Below are positions 27,467 through 37,471 of a DNA stretch of 54,522 bases, one piece after another (within the stretch, counting starts at the first letter, position 1; every line of letters starts with the position of its first letter). The notes under the pieces were generated by a model. That model was not told the origin of the DNA. It did no database searches and saw only the letters and a list, made by a program, of their open reading frames with translations. This DNA comes from a virus (Duplodnaviria; Caudoviricetes): IMG/VR virus record IMGVR_UViG_3300025000_001274, positions 1 to 54,522 of that record, one strand, 5' to 3'. The translations under genes were made by a program, and so were the position numbers.

Positions 27467-27991
27467 TTGAATTATTATGCAGGAATTGGTTCTAGAGAAA
27501 CACCTCTAGATATAATCCACTTATTTAAAAAGGTAGCATACTATTTATCTGTGAAGAAATTCATATTGCGTTCTGGTGGAGCTAAAGGGGCAGATAAGGC
27601 ATTTGAAACTGGCTGTGACAATTTTAATGGTCAAAAGGAAATATACTTGCCTTGGCCTTATTTTGAAGGATCAGGTTCAATATTTAATGAGCCAACTAAA
27701 GAAGCGTATGAGATAGCAGAAAAATTCCATCCTTATTGGCACAACTTATCTCAAGGAGCTAGAAAATTACAAGCAAGAAATAGTCATCAGGTTTTAGGTT
27801 TAGACCTAAATACTCTTTCAAAATTTATTATATGTTGGACTAAAAATGGTAAAAGTTCAGGTGGGACTGGACAGGCGATTAGAATTGCTAGAGCCTATAA
27901 TATTCCTGTTTTTGATGCAGGTAATTATAACGATATGATGGATGCTAAGAAAGAATTAAACTATTTCTTGATTGAAAATAATGTAGGTTAG
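27467..27991 (+). CDS. SLOG/DprA-Smf-like protein
   Basis: YAGIGSRETP..LRSGGAKGADKAFE..ARNSHQVLG..GGTGQAIRIA. Confidence 0.82.
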   Translation: MNYYAGIGSRETPLDIIHLFKKVAYYLSVKKFILRSGGAKGADKAFETGCDNFNGQKEIYLPWPYFEGSGSIFNEPTKEAYEIAEKFHPYWHNLSQGARKLQARNSHQVLGLDLNTLSKFIICWTKNGKSSGGTGQAIRIARAYNIPVFDAGNYNDMMDAKKELNYFLIENNVG

Positions 27992-28005
27992 AAAGGAGAA
28001 TAATT

Positions 28006-28198
28006 ATGATCCAATACGCAACATATATAATTCCAATTCATCCAAACTCATACAGGAATACATAACGTTATGCCAAATTTAAGTTCAGATTTTAGATTAT
28101 GCTATATTGTCAGGTATCCAGATGGATTTGAAGATTTAGTGCCAATTTCAGAAGTTGAATGTGGTAATTATAAAATTATTGGAAGAAACGGAAATTAA
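28006..28198 (+). pseudogene. Frameshifted small ORF
   Basis: RBS AAAGGAG, MIQYATYIIPIHPNSY then stop; a different frame carries GIHNVMP..CYIVRYPDGFEDLVPISE to TAA 28196-98. Confidence 0.45.
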
Positions 28199-28212
28199 AA
28201 ACTAGCCTGTAG

Positions 28213-28256
28213 CAAGGGTTTCAGGGTTCGGCATATCCGATAAAAACTGGCTTTCA
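28213..28256 (+). repeat. Composite intergenic site copy 3
   Basis: CAAGGGTT-N20-TAAAA-N6-TTTCA. Confidence 0.75.
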
Positions 28257-28286
28257 TGTTGTTTGGAAAGAGGTGAAAATAAAATT

Positions 28287-28541
28287 ATGGTTAATTCTGA
28301 ATGGTTTAAGACATATAGAATTTGGGCAACAAATAAAGTAACAAAAGTAAGACAAAAGTTGACTATATACTGGATCACAGACTGGGATGAAGTGTTAGAA
28401 GTTTTACAAAGAAGAAATATAAATGCTGATACATATGATATAAAAATAAAACGAAGATATGGAATAGGAGAAGAATGTAAGGGTAGGCTTGCACAAATGG
28501 ATAAAATTAAACAAGAAATGATGGGAGGGATAAGTGAATAA
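28287..28541 (+). CDS. Hypothetical protein
   Basis: RBS GAGGTG. Confidence 0.55.
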   Translation: MVNSEWFKTYRIWATNKVTKVRQKLTIYWITDWDEVLEVLQRRNINADTYDIKIKRRYGIGEECKGRLAQMDKIKQEMMGGISE

Positions 28542-28542
28542 T

Positions 28543-28875
28543 ATGAAAAGATTTAAAACAACAGTAACCCGAACAGATGAATACATAATTGAGGTTGATG
28601 AGAATGTCATTGATGAACAGTGAATGGATGATTTTAGACATGTGTTCTTTGATTTACATACTCTCTATGAACACGCTGAACATCTTGCACAAATTAGAGC
28701 TAGAATGGGAGAAGGATTTATTGAGGGATATGGTAATTTAAAGGTTAATGGTAAATTACCTTGGCATGTAACTAAAAGTCAAAAAGAGAATCGCTTACCT
28801 TGCGAAGATGCTTTTAATATTATTATTAAGAGTGAAGATCAAGATTGTGAAATTGAAGTTGAGGAGATTGAGTAA
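28543..28875 (+). pseudogene. Hypothetical gene with in-frame TGA at 28621
   Basis: MKRFKTTVTRTDEYIIEVDENVIDEQ*MDDFRHVF.. continuous frame; RBS GGGAGG. Confidence 0.6.
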
Positions 28876-29110
28876 TTTGGACAATTATTATAGTGGAAAA
28901 TGTAAATTGTGTAATACTGAATTTAGGCACGATTATAATTCTCATATGTTTAATATTCTTAATACAATTGAAGAATGTAAATACACAAATATAGTAATTG
29001 ATCATTACTTAGAAAACCATAAGGAAGAATACAAGTTTACATCTTTAGATAGGACAGGAGTATTTTCAAGAAAAATAATTAAAGCTGTTTTGAAAGATTT
29101 ATTTAAATAA
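28868..29110 (+). CDS. Hypothetical C2H2-like protein
   Basis: CKLC..HYLENH; TTG start. Confidence 0.5.
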   Translation: MSNLDNYYSGKCKLCNTEFRHDYNSHMFNILNTIEECKYTNIVIDHYLENHKEEYKFTSLDRTGVFSRKIIKAVLKDLFK

Positions 29111-29128
29111 AATTAAGGAGGAAAAATT

Positions 29129-29368
29129 ATGTTTAATAATATTGAGAATTATTTATACATTTGGGATGAAAGTAAAGAGGGTTATTTAAATATACATAGT
29201 TTTCTATGCAAAATTCAAGACAATCAATACAACTATAAAGACTTAATAAAAACTAAAAATTTTATGATTACTAAATATGGTTATGTCATTTTAAATAATA
29301 AAACTTATGAAATATTTAGTAATATAGTTGTAGTCAATATGAATATTATTGCAATCAAGTTAGTATAA
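29129..29368 (+). CDS. Hypothetical protein
   Basis: RBS AAGGAGG. Confidence 0.55.
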   Translation: MFNNIENYLYIWDESKEGYLNIHSFLCKIQDNQYNYKDLIKTKNFMITKYGYVILNNKTYEIFSNIVVVNMNIIAIKLV

Positions 29369-29413
29369 AATTAACCTTTTAATTAAATATAAATAATAGG
29401 AGGAGATAATAAA

Positions 29414-29773
29414 ATGCAACAAAAATATACTTTAGTTAAGAGAGAATTAGTTAAAGAAAAGACTTTTAGGGTAATAATTGTAGCAGATTCAAATGATGCT
29501 GATTATATTACAGAAGATGCAACATATACAGAACAGGAATTTAATGATTCTGTCAACATTTTAATAGACTTAATTAAAAATCATAGTGGGAGACATGAAT
29601 TTGAAAATTTCAGAAATGAAACTGAAGAAGGTTATATAGAGATTCCTTATTGTGAATGGGGAGGTTGTCACTCATTAGAAAGTATTGAAATTACTTGTGA
29701 AGATGTTGATGGTGTTATTTATAACGTTGAATTAATAGATGATGACGGAAAATTAATTACCATGAATAACTGA
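29414..29773 (+). CDS. Hypothetical protein
   Basis: RBS AGGAGG. Confidence 0.6.
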   Translation: MQQKYTLVKRELVKEKTFRVIIVADSNDADYITEDATYTEQEFNDSVNILIDLIKNHSGRHEFENFRNETEEGYIEIPYCEWGGCHSLESIEITCEDVDGVIYNVELIDDDGKLITMNN

Positions 29774-29808
29774 TTTCAAACTATAAATTAAGAAAGAAGG
29801 AAAATTAA

Positions 29809-30108
29809 TTGAAGAAAAATATGTTTATTACTTTGTCATTAGGGTTGGTTATTTTATCAGGAATATTAACTGGTTGTGGTTCAGAAGTTACCACCGCATC
29901 ATCTACTCCATCTGTACCACATTTTTCTTTCCCTGCTGAAGATACCTATGGCTCTGTTATTGATATAGATTATGATAAATCTGCTTTAGATTTTGTTGTA
30001 GTAAAGTATAAAAAAGATAATGTTTTAAATTTAGTTACATATAAACTAGATCCAATCCGTGGTTATACAAATTTGGAGTCAGTTATTACAATTAATCTAG
30101 GCAAATAA
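29809..30108 (+). CDS. Putative lipoprotein
   Basis: Signal peptide with lipobox LTGC. Confidence 0.7.
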   Translation: MKKNMFITLSLGLVILSGILTGCGSEVTTASSTPSVPHFSFPAEDTYGSVIDIDYDKSALDFVVVKYKKDNVLNLVTYKLDPIRGYTNLESVITINLGK

Positions 30109-30161
30109 ATAAAGAATTTTAAGCCATAAAACAAAATATAATGATTAAAGAAGGAGAAAAT

Positions 30162-30398
30162 ATGATATTAGAATCATTTGAAGAAATGTGCGACAATGAA
30201 ACAATTTGTAATTATTGTTATCGAACTGATTATGGAGAGCATAAATCTTGTGTTACACCTTCTGGATATTCCTCTTGTGAGGGGATGTGGTGTGAGGAGT
30301 CTTATGAGGCATATTTGGACGATAATAATGCTTCTATAAAATTAGTAAAATATCAAAATAATGTAAAATTATTAAATAAGAAGGAGTTAATAAAATGA
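30162..30398 (+). CDS. Hypothetical Cys-rich protein
   Basis: CNYC..CEGMWC. Confidence 0.55.
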   Translation: MILESFEEMCDNETICNYCYRTDYGEHKSCVTPSGYSSCEGMWCEESYEAYLDDNNASIKLVKYQNNVKLLNKKELIK

Positions 30399-31003
30399 GT
30401 ACAGCACTTAAATTTGAATTTGATTTTGAAGAAGTCTTTGAGGGAATTAAGTTGGGGGTAATTAAAGAAATGTCAGAAGCAACTTTCGATGATATTACCA
30501 CTAGTGCAATTAATCAAGTTAAAAATGAAATGAAAAATAAAATATCTCTTACATATAAAGACGAGTACGAAATTAGAGACGAAATCAAAAAGGAAATTAA
30601 AGAAAAGGTATATCAAAAATTAATTACAGAAATTAAAGCTGAATATAAAAAGAAGTATGAAGACGCATTTAGTAAAGATGTGACAAATGCACTTGACCTT
30701 GCTGAAGAAGAAATTATGGATGAAATCAAATCTGAAACTATTGATAAATTATACAATGATTTGTATTTAGATATTCAAGAACAAGTAAAATCTAAGATTA
30801 ATAAATCAGTTTCTCAACTTATAAATGCTGTTACAGGGAATAATATCAAAGTTAAAAATACCAAAAATATAATTACCAAAGAGGAATATGATGAGCTTAT
30901 ACATAGAGATGAGATATTAACTGCATTAGAAAATGGTGGAGTGGATAATTGGGAGTGGTATGGTGAATCTTTAAGCAATTATTTTGATAGTAAAAATAAA
31001 TAA
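30395..31003 (+). CDS. Coiled-coil hypothetical protein
   Basis: Helical, C-terminal LENGGVDNWEWY motif common in phage proteins. Confidence 0.65.
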   Translation: MSTALKFEFDFEEVFEGIKLGVIKEMSEATFDDITTSAINQVKNEMKNKISLTYKDEYEIRDEIKKEIKEKVYQKLITEIKAEYKKKYEDAFSKDVTNALDLAEEEIMDEIKSETIDKLYNDLYLDIQEQVKSKINKSVSQLINAVTGNNIKVKNTKNIITKEEYDELIHRDEILTALENGGVDNWEWYGESLSNYFDSKNK

Positions 31004-31038
31004 TAAAATACAATCAAATCAAAGAGGAGATTTAAAGA

Positions 31039-31269
31039 ATGAGAGCAATATTTGAATTAGAAATGCCAGAAAGATGTTGGGATTGTCCGATACTTCATAT
31101 TGATGAAACACAAATGGTTAATTGCCCTGCAACAGCGTCTATATTCAGTGAATCATTTGCATTAAGAGAAATGCGGAAGGACTGTCCATTAATATTATCA
31201 GAAGAGTATTTTAAAATAAAATTAGATTGGGCAACAAAACAACTTATAAATAAATTAGAAACCAAATGA
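31039..31269 (+). CDS. Hypothetical protein
   Basis: EMPERCWDCP..CPL pattern. Confidence 0.6.
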   Translation: MRAIFELEMPERCWDCPILHIDETQMVNCPATASIFSESFALREMRKDCPLILSEEYFKIKLDWATKQLINKLETK

Positions 31270-31290
31270 AACTCATGTTTCATTTGGTTT
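31259..31290. repeat. Perfect palindromic copy of the intergenic core site
   Basis: AAACCAAATGAAAC-TCAT-GTTTCATTTGGTTT, overlapping stop TGA. Confidence 0.8.
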
Positions 31291-31309
31291 TAAAAAAGGA
31301 GAAATAATC

Positions 31310-31561
31310 ATGCAAATACCGAAAGTAAATGATCAAATTTGCAACTATCATCATTATATTAAAGAACTAGCTAATAATATTTTAAAAATTAAAGACAATG
31401 CATATGACAAGGTTGAAGACCTTTTATGGGAAGTTCAGAATACAGCCAATGATATTTATGCTTCAGCATCTATGGCACTGGAAGCAGGAGTGAGTATGGA
31501 AGAACGATTAAAAGATTATAGGAATGCAATAGAGGGATTAGGTTTTATAAGAAATAAGTAG
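31310..31561 (+). CDS. Hypothetical protein
   Basis: RBS AAGGAG. Confidence 0.6.
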   Translation: MQIPKVNDQICNYHHYIKELANNILKIKDNAYDKVEDLLWEVQNTANDIYASASMALEAGVSMEERLKDYRNAIEGLGFIRNK

Positions 31562-31606
31562 CTTAAAATCCAAATTTTCTTGGACTTAAGAAAGGAAATA
31601 AAAACA

Positions 31607-31795
31607 ATGGACAAAGAATATATACCATTATATGTAATTTATTATCACAATCAAACATCTGGAAAGTTTGAACCTTATCAAAGCGTATGTGGAATTACAG
31701 TTTTTTACATGGATATAAAAGATGCTAAAAAACAACTAAGAAAAATAACTAATTATCCAGAGAATTATGAAATAGTTGAATATGTAGCAAAATAA
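31607..31795 (+). CDS. Hypothetical protein
   Basis: ORF in gene train. Confidence 0.5.
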   Translation: MDKEYIPLYVIYYHNQTSGKFEPYQSVCGITVFYMDIKDAKKQLRKITNYPENYEIVEYVAK

Positions 31796-31813
31796 AAGTA
31801 AAATTAATAAAAA

Positions 31814-31860
31814 CTTGTAATTCTATAATAACTAAGATATAATTATTGTAGAATTACAAG
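31814..31860 (+). promoter_or_regulatory. Promoter embedded in 18-bp inverted repeat
   Basis: TTGTAA(31815)-N17-TATAAT; arms CTTGTAATTCTATAATAA / TTATTGTAGAATTACAAG (1 mismatch). Confidence 0.65.
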
Positions 31861-31886
31861 ATAAGAAAAGAGATGATACTTAATAT

Positions 31887-33206
31887 ATGGGTAATAGTTT
31901 GGCAGCAGAAAAATCCCTCCAATTCTATCCAACACAAGAATTTGAAACACATCGTCTATTAGGACTCTTAGGAAACATAGAAATGGATTATATAAAACAA
32001 AGATCATTAAAAGAATATGTTATGAGCAAAGAGGAATATAATGAATTCTTCATAAAAAGTGCGGATAATAATATTCCAATAAGATATGCTATTTTTGACA
32101 AGTGGCTTAATGAGAAAAAATATGATTTAATTAAGCAATATTTTACATATCAAATGAGTTTTAAAAATAATTTTCCTACTACAATATGTGATGGTTTTGC
32201 TGGTGAATCAAGATGGCTAGAGACTTTTAAAAAAATTATCCCAAAAGATGATAAAGGCAATGATATTGTATTAATTGCAAACGAATTGGAAACAAACAGA
32301 TTCAATTCTTTTAAGAATAATGAAAATATTGATGATAAATATAATAAATCATTTGAGGATTTAAATCTTCCTCGTAATTCAATTGCTTTATTTTTGTTCA
32401 ATCCACCATATTCTTCATCCAATGGTCAGAGAAATTGCAAACGGTATCTCCAAATGTTGTTAGACAAAGGCATTTTGTATAACCCATCAACATCAAAAGA
32501 TTACAAAACTGGCTACATTGTATGTGTAATTCGAAAAGATGATTTTCTAGACTCTCTAGACATTCTATCTAAAAACTTTGACATCCTTAAAAACTCAATC
32601 TACAAAACTAACAAAGAAGAATATGCTAAATTCAAGCAATACATCTTTATTGCTAAGGTAAAGAGATTTCCTTATGATTTATTAAACACTATGCATGCAA
32701 TGGATTTCCAGAAACAATACAATGAAGTAAAAGAAATCATTCTCTCTGAACCAGAATTCAACCTTAGACAATATAACACTTATCAATCAATGAATTACCC
32801 CTACATCGACTATGATACTGCAAAAGAAAATAATAAATATATTAAATCTCCAACTTCTCATATCAGTAAAAATGATTCAATATGGAAATGGGTAAAAGGA
32901 ATCACAGAATTAAAAGATTTAGGGGAAGAAAAATTAGTTGTTCCTAAACCACTCAAATTAGGAGAAATCAGTAATCTCCTTGCATCTGGAATGATCAATG
33001 GAGAAATATCATTAGAGGATGGTACTGGTAGACATGTTACTATTGGTGGAACTAAAAGTATTGAAAAGAAGGAAATAAATAAATACAAAGATGATAATGG
33101 CGATAGTTATACTGAGACAAAGATTATCAAAATGAGCTTACCTTATCTTAATATTTTATGCTCTGATAATGGAAAATTAATTATAAAAGAACTTGGAGGT
33201 GAATAA
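31887..33206 (+). CDS. Amino-methyltransferase (N6A/N4C type, DUF6094-like)
   Basis: QFYPT, CDGFAGES (motif I-like), ANELE, LFNPPY. Confidence 0.75.
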   Translation: MGNSLAAEKSLQFYPTQEFETHRLLGLLGNIEMDYIKQRSLKEYVMSKEEYNEFFIKSADNNIPIRYAIFDKWLNEKKYDLIKQYFTYQMSFKNNFPTTICDGFAGESRWLETFKKIIPKDDKGNDIVLIANELETNRFNSFKNNENIDDKYNKSFEDLNLPRNSIALFLFNPPYSSSNGQRNCKRYLQMLLDKGILYNPSTSKDYKTGYIVCVIRKDDFLDSLDILSKNFDILKNSIYKTNKEEYAKFKQYIFIAKVKRFPYDLLNTMHAMDFQKQYNEVKEIILSEPEFNLRQYNTYQSMNYPYIDYDTAKENNKYIKSPTSHISKNDSIWKWVKGITELKDLGEEKLVVPKPLKLGEISNLLASGMINGEISLEDGTGRHVTIGGTKSIEKKEINKYKDDNGDSYTETKIIKMSLPYLNILCSDNGKLIIKELGGE

Positions 33207-33211
33207 TTAAT

Positions 33212-35788
33212 TTGATTCCATATCTTAGAACAACAGATAAAAACACAATCAACTGTAATGCCGATTTAGTTATTTTAGATTCAAATGAACCAATATTAAT
33301 TTCTCTATGTGATTTGCATATCAAAAATAGAAAAATATGTTCTGATTTAATCTCTCATTCTTATAATATTTCTTTGCGAGACAGAGAAGATATTTTCTTT
33401 GAACAATCACTTTATGGTAGAGAAAATCATTATCGTTATAAATCTGATCGTATGGAAAATGATCTAACGCATACAATTATTTACAATACAAAAATAAATG
33501 ATTATTGTATTAATTGGAATAATGAAGACAAGAATGAGATTCTTACAAAATATTTAAGAAATATTCATTATTTACCTGTTACAAGTGAAATTGTTAAAAT
33601 GATTTTAGATAAAGATGATGCAAATAATTCTAAATATAAAAGTAGCTATAATAGTAATTATGGTTGTGTTAGCGAATGTACAGTTTATACTAATAATCCT
33701 ATGTATGCTGATTTAAAGGTATTTAAGATTAATGTAACTTGGTTTAAACAGAGTTTAAATGCTTTAACATTAGAGGGATATGTAGAGGACTTTGATTGGA
33801 ATTCGATTGAAGACATAGAAGACTACATCTTCTCATTTCTTAGTCAGATTAAAGAAAGATTAAAACAGAATGTTAGAGTTTTGTTTGATCCTAAGAATAT
33901 TAATCAGAAAATGTTTGAAGGTAAAATGAAACCATTTGAAGGTCAAGTTCCAATTATTCAAGCAGGGTTAGAGGTTTTGAAGAGAAGTAGGTTCGTTTAT
34001 TTGGCTTGTACTCAGGGGTTCGGGAAGAGCTTAAGTACAGCAAAAATTAATCATTGTCACTTATATCAAAAGAAACAAAATTATGTTACTTTAATTATGG
34101 CTCCTGCAATTACATTATCTCAATGGAAAGATGAGATTAAAAATAGTATTAGTGATAAAATTAATATTTACACAATTAAAAAAACATCTGAATTTATAAA
34201 CATTTACAATAAAACTAATTTAAAATTCGATAAACCAACATATTTCCTTGTTGGTAAAGAGACATTTAAATTAGATGCAAAAAGAGTTTCTGGAATTAAT
34301 ATTAGAACTATGGAAATTAAACATAAAAAAGAAGTGGTTGGTGGTGGATATTATAGTTATTCTCAAATTAAAGAAGTTAAAGAGAAAATAACTATTGCCT
34401 GTTGTCCTGATTGTGGTAAACCATTACAGAATGAACTAAGAAAAAAGGAAGATGTATTCTTTACTGCTAAAGATTTTCAAGGTAATCCTAAGAAAAGTAA
34501 TTATAAGTGTTCCAATTGTGGTGCAGTTTTATGGCAAAGTACATATGATAAAACGAAAAAGAGTAGTTTAATAAGATTTATTAAGACAAAGAATATTCAT
34601 TTTGATTCTGTCGGGATCGATGAAGCACATCAGAACAGAAATGGCGAATCGATTATCGGGAACTCTACTAGGACACTATTTAATTATGCTAAGAAAATAT
34701 TATTGCTTAGTGGTTCCAGTAATTCAGGATATAGTTCGAGTTTTCATAGTTTATTATTAGGATTAATACCTAATAAACTTAAAGTAAATGATGTTATGGA
34801 GATGGAAAAATTTATTAAAACTTATGGAACATTAATGGCAGTTTCTAAAAAGAAAGATGGCGAATACTATCGTTCAGGTCGTAGTGAAATTAAAGATAGC
34901 GAGTTCAAAGAGATAGAAGGCGTGAATCCAATTTGCTTCGCTAAATACTTAGTTGAGAACTATATTTTTGCCACTTTAGACGATCTAGGAAAGGATTTGC
35001 CTGACTTAAATGAGTTCTATGTACCTATCAGTCAAACAGATGAAATGGAACGCTTAGAGAGCAATCTGTGGCATGAAATTAAATCAGCAAATGCTTTCAA
35101 CGCGAAGATGTATGAAGATAGTATAATCAAACATTATATTAATAATCCTTTTAGATGGGATTCTATTCTTATTAATCGAGGAGAAGAAAGTTATAAAGAA
35201 GTCCAACCAAAATGTATTACTGATTGTATTTTACCAAAGGAGCAAAAATTATTAGATATTGTTTTGCAAGAAGTTTCTGAAGGAAGAAAATGTTGTATCT
35301 ATGTAGACTTTAATAATGGTGGAGAATATATGCAATCCGATACAATTGCAAAAAGGATTGAATCTTTATTAATAAAAAATAATATTCGGTGTTTTACACT
35401 TAGAACATTCGTAGCAACTTATGATAGAAAGGAATTATTAGACAAGAAAAAAGATGATTTTCAGGTATTAATTACGAATGCAAAATTAGTGGAAGTGGGA
35501 TTAAATCTTACATATCTATCCAGCTTTATAAATTTCATGCCATCTTATCATTATGAAACTGTTGCTCAGAGTAATAGGCGTGGATATAGGGCTAATAGCA
35601 CATTGGAAAATAGAATTTATCATTTATATTATGAAAATAGTTGTGAGAACGGAATCATTAAAAGATACCAAAGAAAGATGGCAGAAGCTCAAGCAATTGA
35701 AGGTAAGTTTGATGCTTGTTTGGAAGACGATGATACCATTAGAACTGCTAGTAAGTTGAGTAAAAAGATCAATGAAAGCGTTTCGTAA
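33212..35788 (+). CDS. SF2/SNF2-like helicase with Zn-ribbon insertion
   Basis: TQGFGKS, IDEAHQ, LSGS, EVGLNL, QSNRRGYR; CPDC..CSNC. Confidence 0.85.
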   Translation: MIPYLRTTDKNTINCNADLVILDSNEPILISLCDLHIKNRKICSDLISHSYNISLRDREDIFFEQSLYGRENHYRYKSDRMENDLTHTIIYNTKINDYCINWNNEDKNEILTKYLRNIHYLPVTSEIVKMILDKDDANNSKYKSSYNSNYGCVSECTVYTNNPMYADLKVFKINVTWFKQSLNALTLEGYVEDFDWNSIEDIEDYIFSFLSQIKERLKQNVRVLFDPKNINQKMFEGKMKPFEGQVPIIQAGLEVLKRSRFVYLACTQGFGKSLSTAKINHCHLYQKKQNYVTLIMAPAITLSQWKDEIKNSISDKINIYTIKKTSEFINIYNKTNLKFDKPTYFLVGKETFKLDAKRVSGINIRTMEIKHKKEVVGGGYYSYSQIKEVKEKITIACCPDCGKPLQNELRKKEDVFFTAKDFQGNPKKSNYKCSNCGAVLWQSTYDKTKKSSLIRFIKTKNIHFDSVGIDEAHQNRNGESIIGNSTRTLFNYAKKILLLSGSSNSGYSSSFHSLLLGLIPNKLKVNDVMEMEKFIKTYGTLMAVSKKKDGEYYRSGRSEIKDSEFKEIEGVNPICFAKYLVENYIFATLDDLGKDLPDLNEFYVPISQTDEMERLESNLWHEIKSANAFNAKMYEDSIIKHYINNPFRWDSILINRGEESYKEVQPKCITDCILPKEQKLLDIVLQEVSEGRKCCIYVDFNNGGEYMQSDTIAKRIESLLIKNNIRCFTLRTFVATYDRKELLDKKKDDFQVLITNAKLVEVGLNLTYLSSFINFMPSYHYETVAQSNRRGYRANSTLENRIYHLYYENSCENGIIKRYQRKMAEAQAIEGKFDACLEDDDTIRTASKLSKKINESVS

Positions 35789-35806
35789 ATCAATAAATAA
35801 TATTCC

Positions 35807-35836
35807 TTGACAGTGGTTATATGTCCGTGTTATAAT
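35807..35836 (+). promoter_or_regulatory. SigA-type promoter
   Basis: TTGACA-N18-TATAAT with TGn extension. Confidence 0.7.
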
Positions 35837-35867
35837 GAATATATACATAAAAAGGAGAAATAAATAA

Positions 35868-36212
35868 ATGGCAGATGAATTTAAGTTAGATATCAACATT
35901 ACTAAAAAGAATATTGAATTAATGGCTAAACAGGTTATTCGAGAAATTATTGAATCTGAGATTAAAGATACAATTAAGAATATTAATTTAGAGAAAATTA
36001 TTGAAGACAAGTTGAAATTAATTGACTCAGAAATACTTAAAGCTGTAGGAATACAAGCAGAAAAAGTTGTTACTAATATTAAGCAAAATGTTGTACGTGA
36101 TTTCAACAAGGAAATGCGTTCAATTATTCTAGATGAAATTGAGAAGAAACCATTATCAGGAAATTTATACTTAAAAGTTGGAAGTATTGGCACAGAGTAT
36201 GACAGATATTAG
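35868..36212 (+). CDS. Hypothetical protein
   Basis: RBS AAGGAG. Confidence 0.6.
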   Translation: MADEFKLDINITKKNIELMAKQVIREIIESEIKDTIKNINLEKIIEDKLKLIDSEILKAVGIQAEKVVTNIKQNVVRDFNKEMRSIILDEIEKKPLSGNLYLKVGSIGTEYDRY

Positions 36213-36258
36213 TACATAAATTATTTTATTTAAAGTATTTTAGGAAGGAGGATAAAAA

Positions 36259-36549
36259 ATGGACTTAAACTATATTGCTGAAAGAGCGTATCAAAATGAC
36301 ATAAATAAAGGTTTTCAATTTCAACATATTGCAATCAGTGCCATGTTGATAGTTACCGAACTTGCTGAATTAGTTGAAGGTCACAGAAAACAAAAAGGAA
36401 TTGAAAATATCGGAGAAGAATTAGCAGATGTTATTTTAAGGACTGCAATTTTAGCTAAACATTTAAACATTGATTTAGAAAAAGAAATAGAAGAAAAAAT
36501 GATTAAGAATGAAGGTAGATCACATAGACATGGCGGTAAATTATATTGA
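36259..36549 (+). CDS. MazG-like NTP pyrophosphohydrolase
   Basis: LIVTELAELVE..EELADVILR..IEEKMIKNEGR..HGGK. Confidence 0.85.
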   Translation: MDLNYIAERAYQNDINKGFQFQHIAISAMLIVTELAELVEGHRKQKGIENIGEELADVILRTAILAKHLNIDLEKEIEEKMIKNEGRSHRHGGKLY

Positions 36550-36568
36550 TAAAAAGGAGAATAAAATA

Positions 36569-36817
36569 ATGGAAGGTTTATATAGTAAATACATAATTCA
36601 AAAATCAGATGGCACACCAGTAGATCCAAAAGCAGAATACATAGTATTGAGAATAGACACAGATAAATATGCTAGAATGGCTGTAAGATATTATGCCAAT
36701 AGATTATTAATTGATAATCCACAATTATCAGAAGGCTTAAGAAAAAGATGTGATTATTACTGGATGAAAGAACAAGGATTTGAGGATGTAGAGATAGAAT
36801 GCATTCAAAACAAATAA
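36569..36817 (+). CDS. Hypothetical phage protein
   Basis: GLYSKYIIQKSDGTPVDP..YIVLRIDTDKYARMA. Confidence 0.65.
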   Translation: MEGLYSKYIIQKSDGTPVDPKAEYIVLRIDTDKYARMAVRYYANRLLIDNPQLSEGLRKRCDYYWMKEQGFEDVEIECIQNK

Positions 36818-36856
36818 ATGGCACGAAAGGTTTCATTTATAGGATGAGGAAGGAGG

Positions 36857-37099
36857 TTGATTATGGAAATAGTTAGTGTTATGTCTGAAGATTGGAATGC
36901 AATCTATGTAAATGGAGAGAAATTAGTTGAGGGTCATAGTGTTAATTGGGAATGGTTTATTAGATTATTAATGGAAAAAGGTTTAATTACATATAACCTT
37001 CATGAATACGAATTAACTGATGATGCAGTAGAAAAGGTTTTAAAATGGAATTTCCCTGAAAAGGTAAGTGAATTTCCCAAAAGATTAAAGATCAAATAA
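36857..37099 (+). CDS. Hypothetical protein
   Basis: EDWNAIYVNGEKLVEGHS. Confidence 0.6.
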   Translation: MIMEIVSVMSEDWNAIYVNGEKLVEGHSVNWEWFIRLLMEKGLITYNLHEYELTDDAVEKVLKWNFPEKVSEFPKRLKIK

Positions 37100-37132
37100 G
37101 TAGTCAAATTTAATGGAAGGAGAAAGCAACCA

Positions 37133-37408
37133 ATGAGTTTTGTAGATGAAATGCTTAAAAAGTATAAAGATCCAGAATCAAAGAAAATTCACGAAGAATT
37201 ATTTCAAACAACATCAGAACATAAATATTATTCATTTGGTGTTGCGCATGGGATGTATTTTATTTACAACACAATAAATGAATATAATAAAAAAGGAATT
37301 GCTTTGTCAAATATTGAACTAATGCAAGTGATTAGAGAATGTGCGAATCTTAATGAAAATCTTGCAGGTCATTTTATTAGGATGCTTAAAGATATTGAAA
37401 CTGAATAA
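37133..37408 (+). CDS. Hypothetical protein
   Basis: RBS AAGGAG. Confidence 0.55.
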   Translation: MSFVDEMLKKYKDPESKKIHEELFQTTSEHKYYSFGVAHGMYFIYNTINEYNKKGIALSNIELMQVIRECANLNENLAGHFIRMLKDIETE

Positions 37409-37471
37409 ATTTGAATAGCATGAATATTTCATTTCCTAGTATCTTAAATTAAAAGAAGGAGTGATTTTATT

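Noticed and set aside
28621-28623. Stop-codon reassignment or selenocysteine at the in-frame TGA
   Set aside because: TGA, TAG and TAA all terminate many other genes normally; a single TGG-to-TGA change is simpler.
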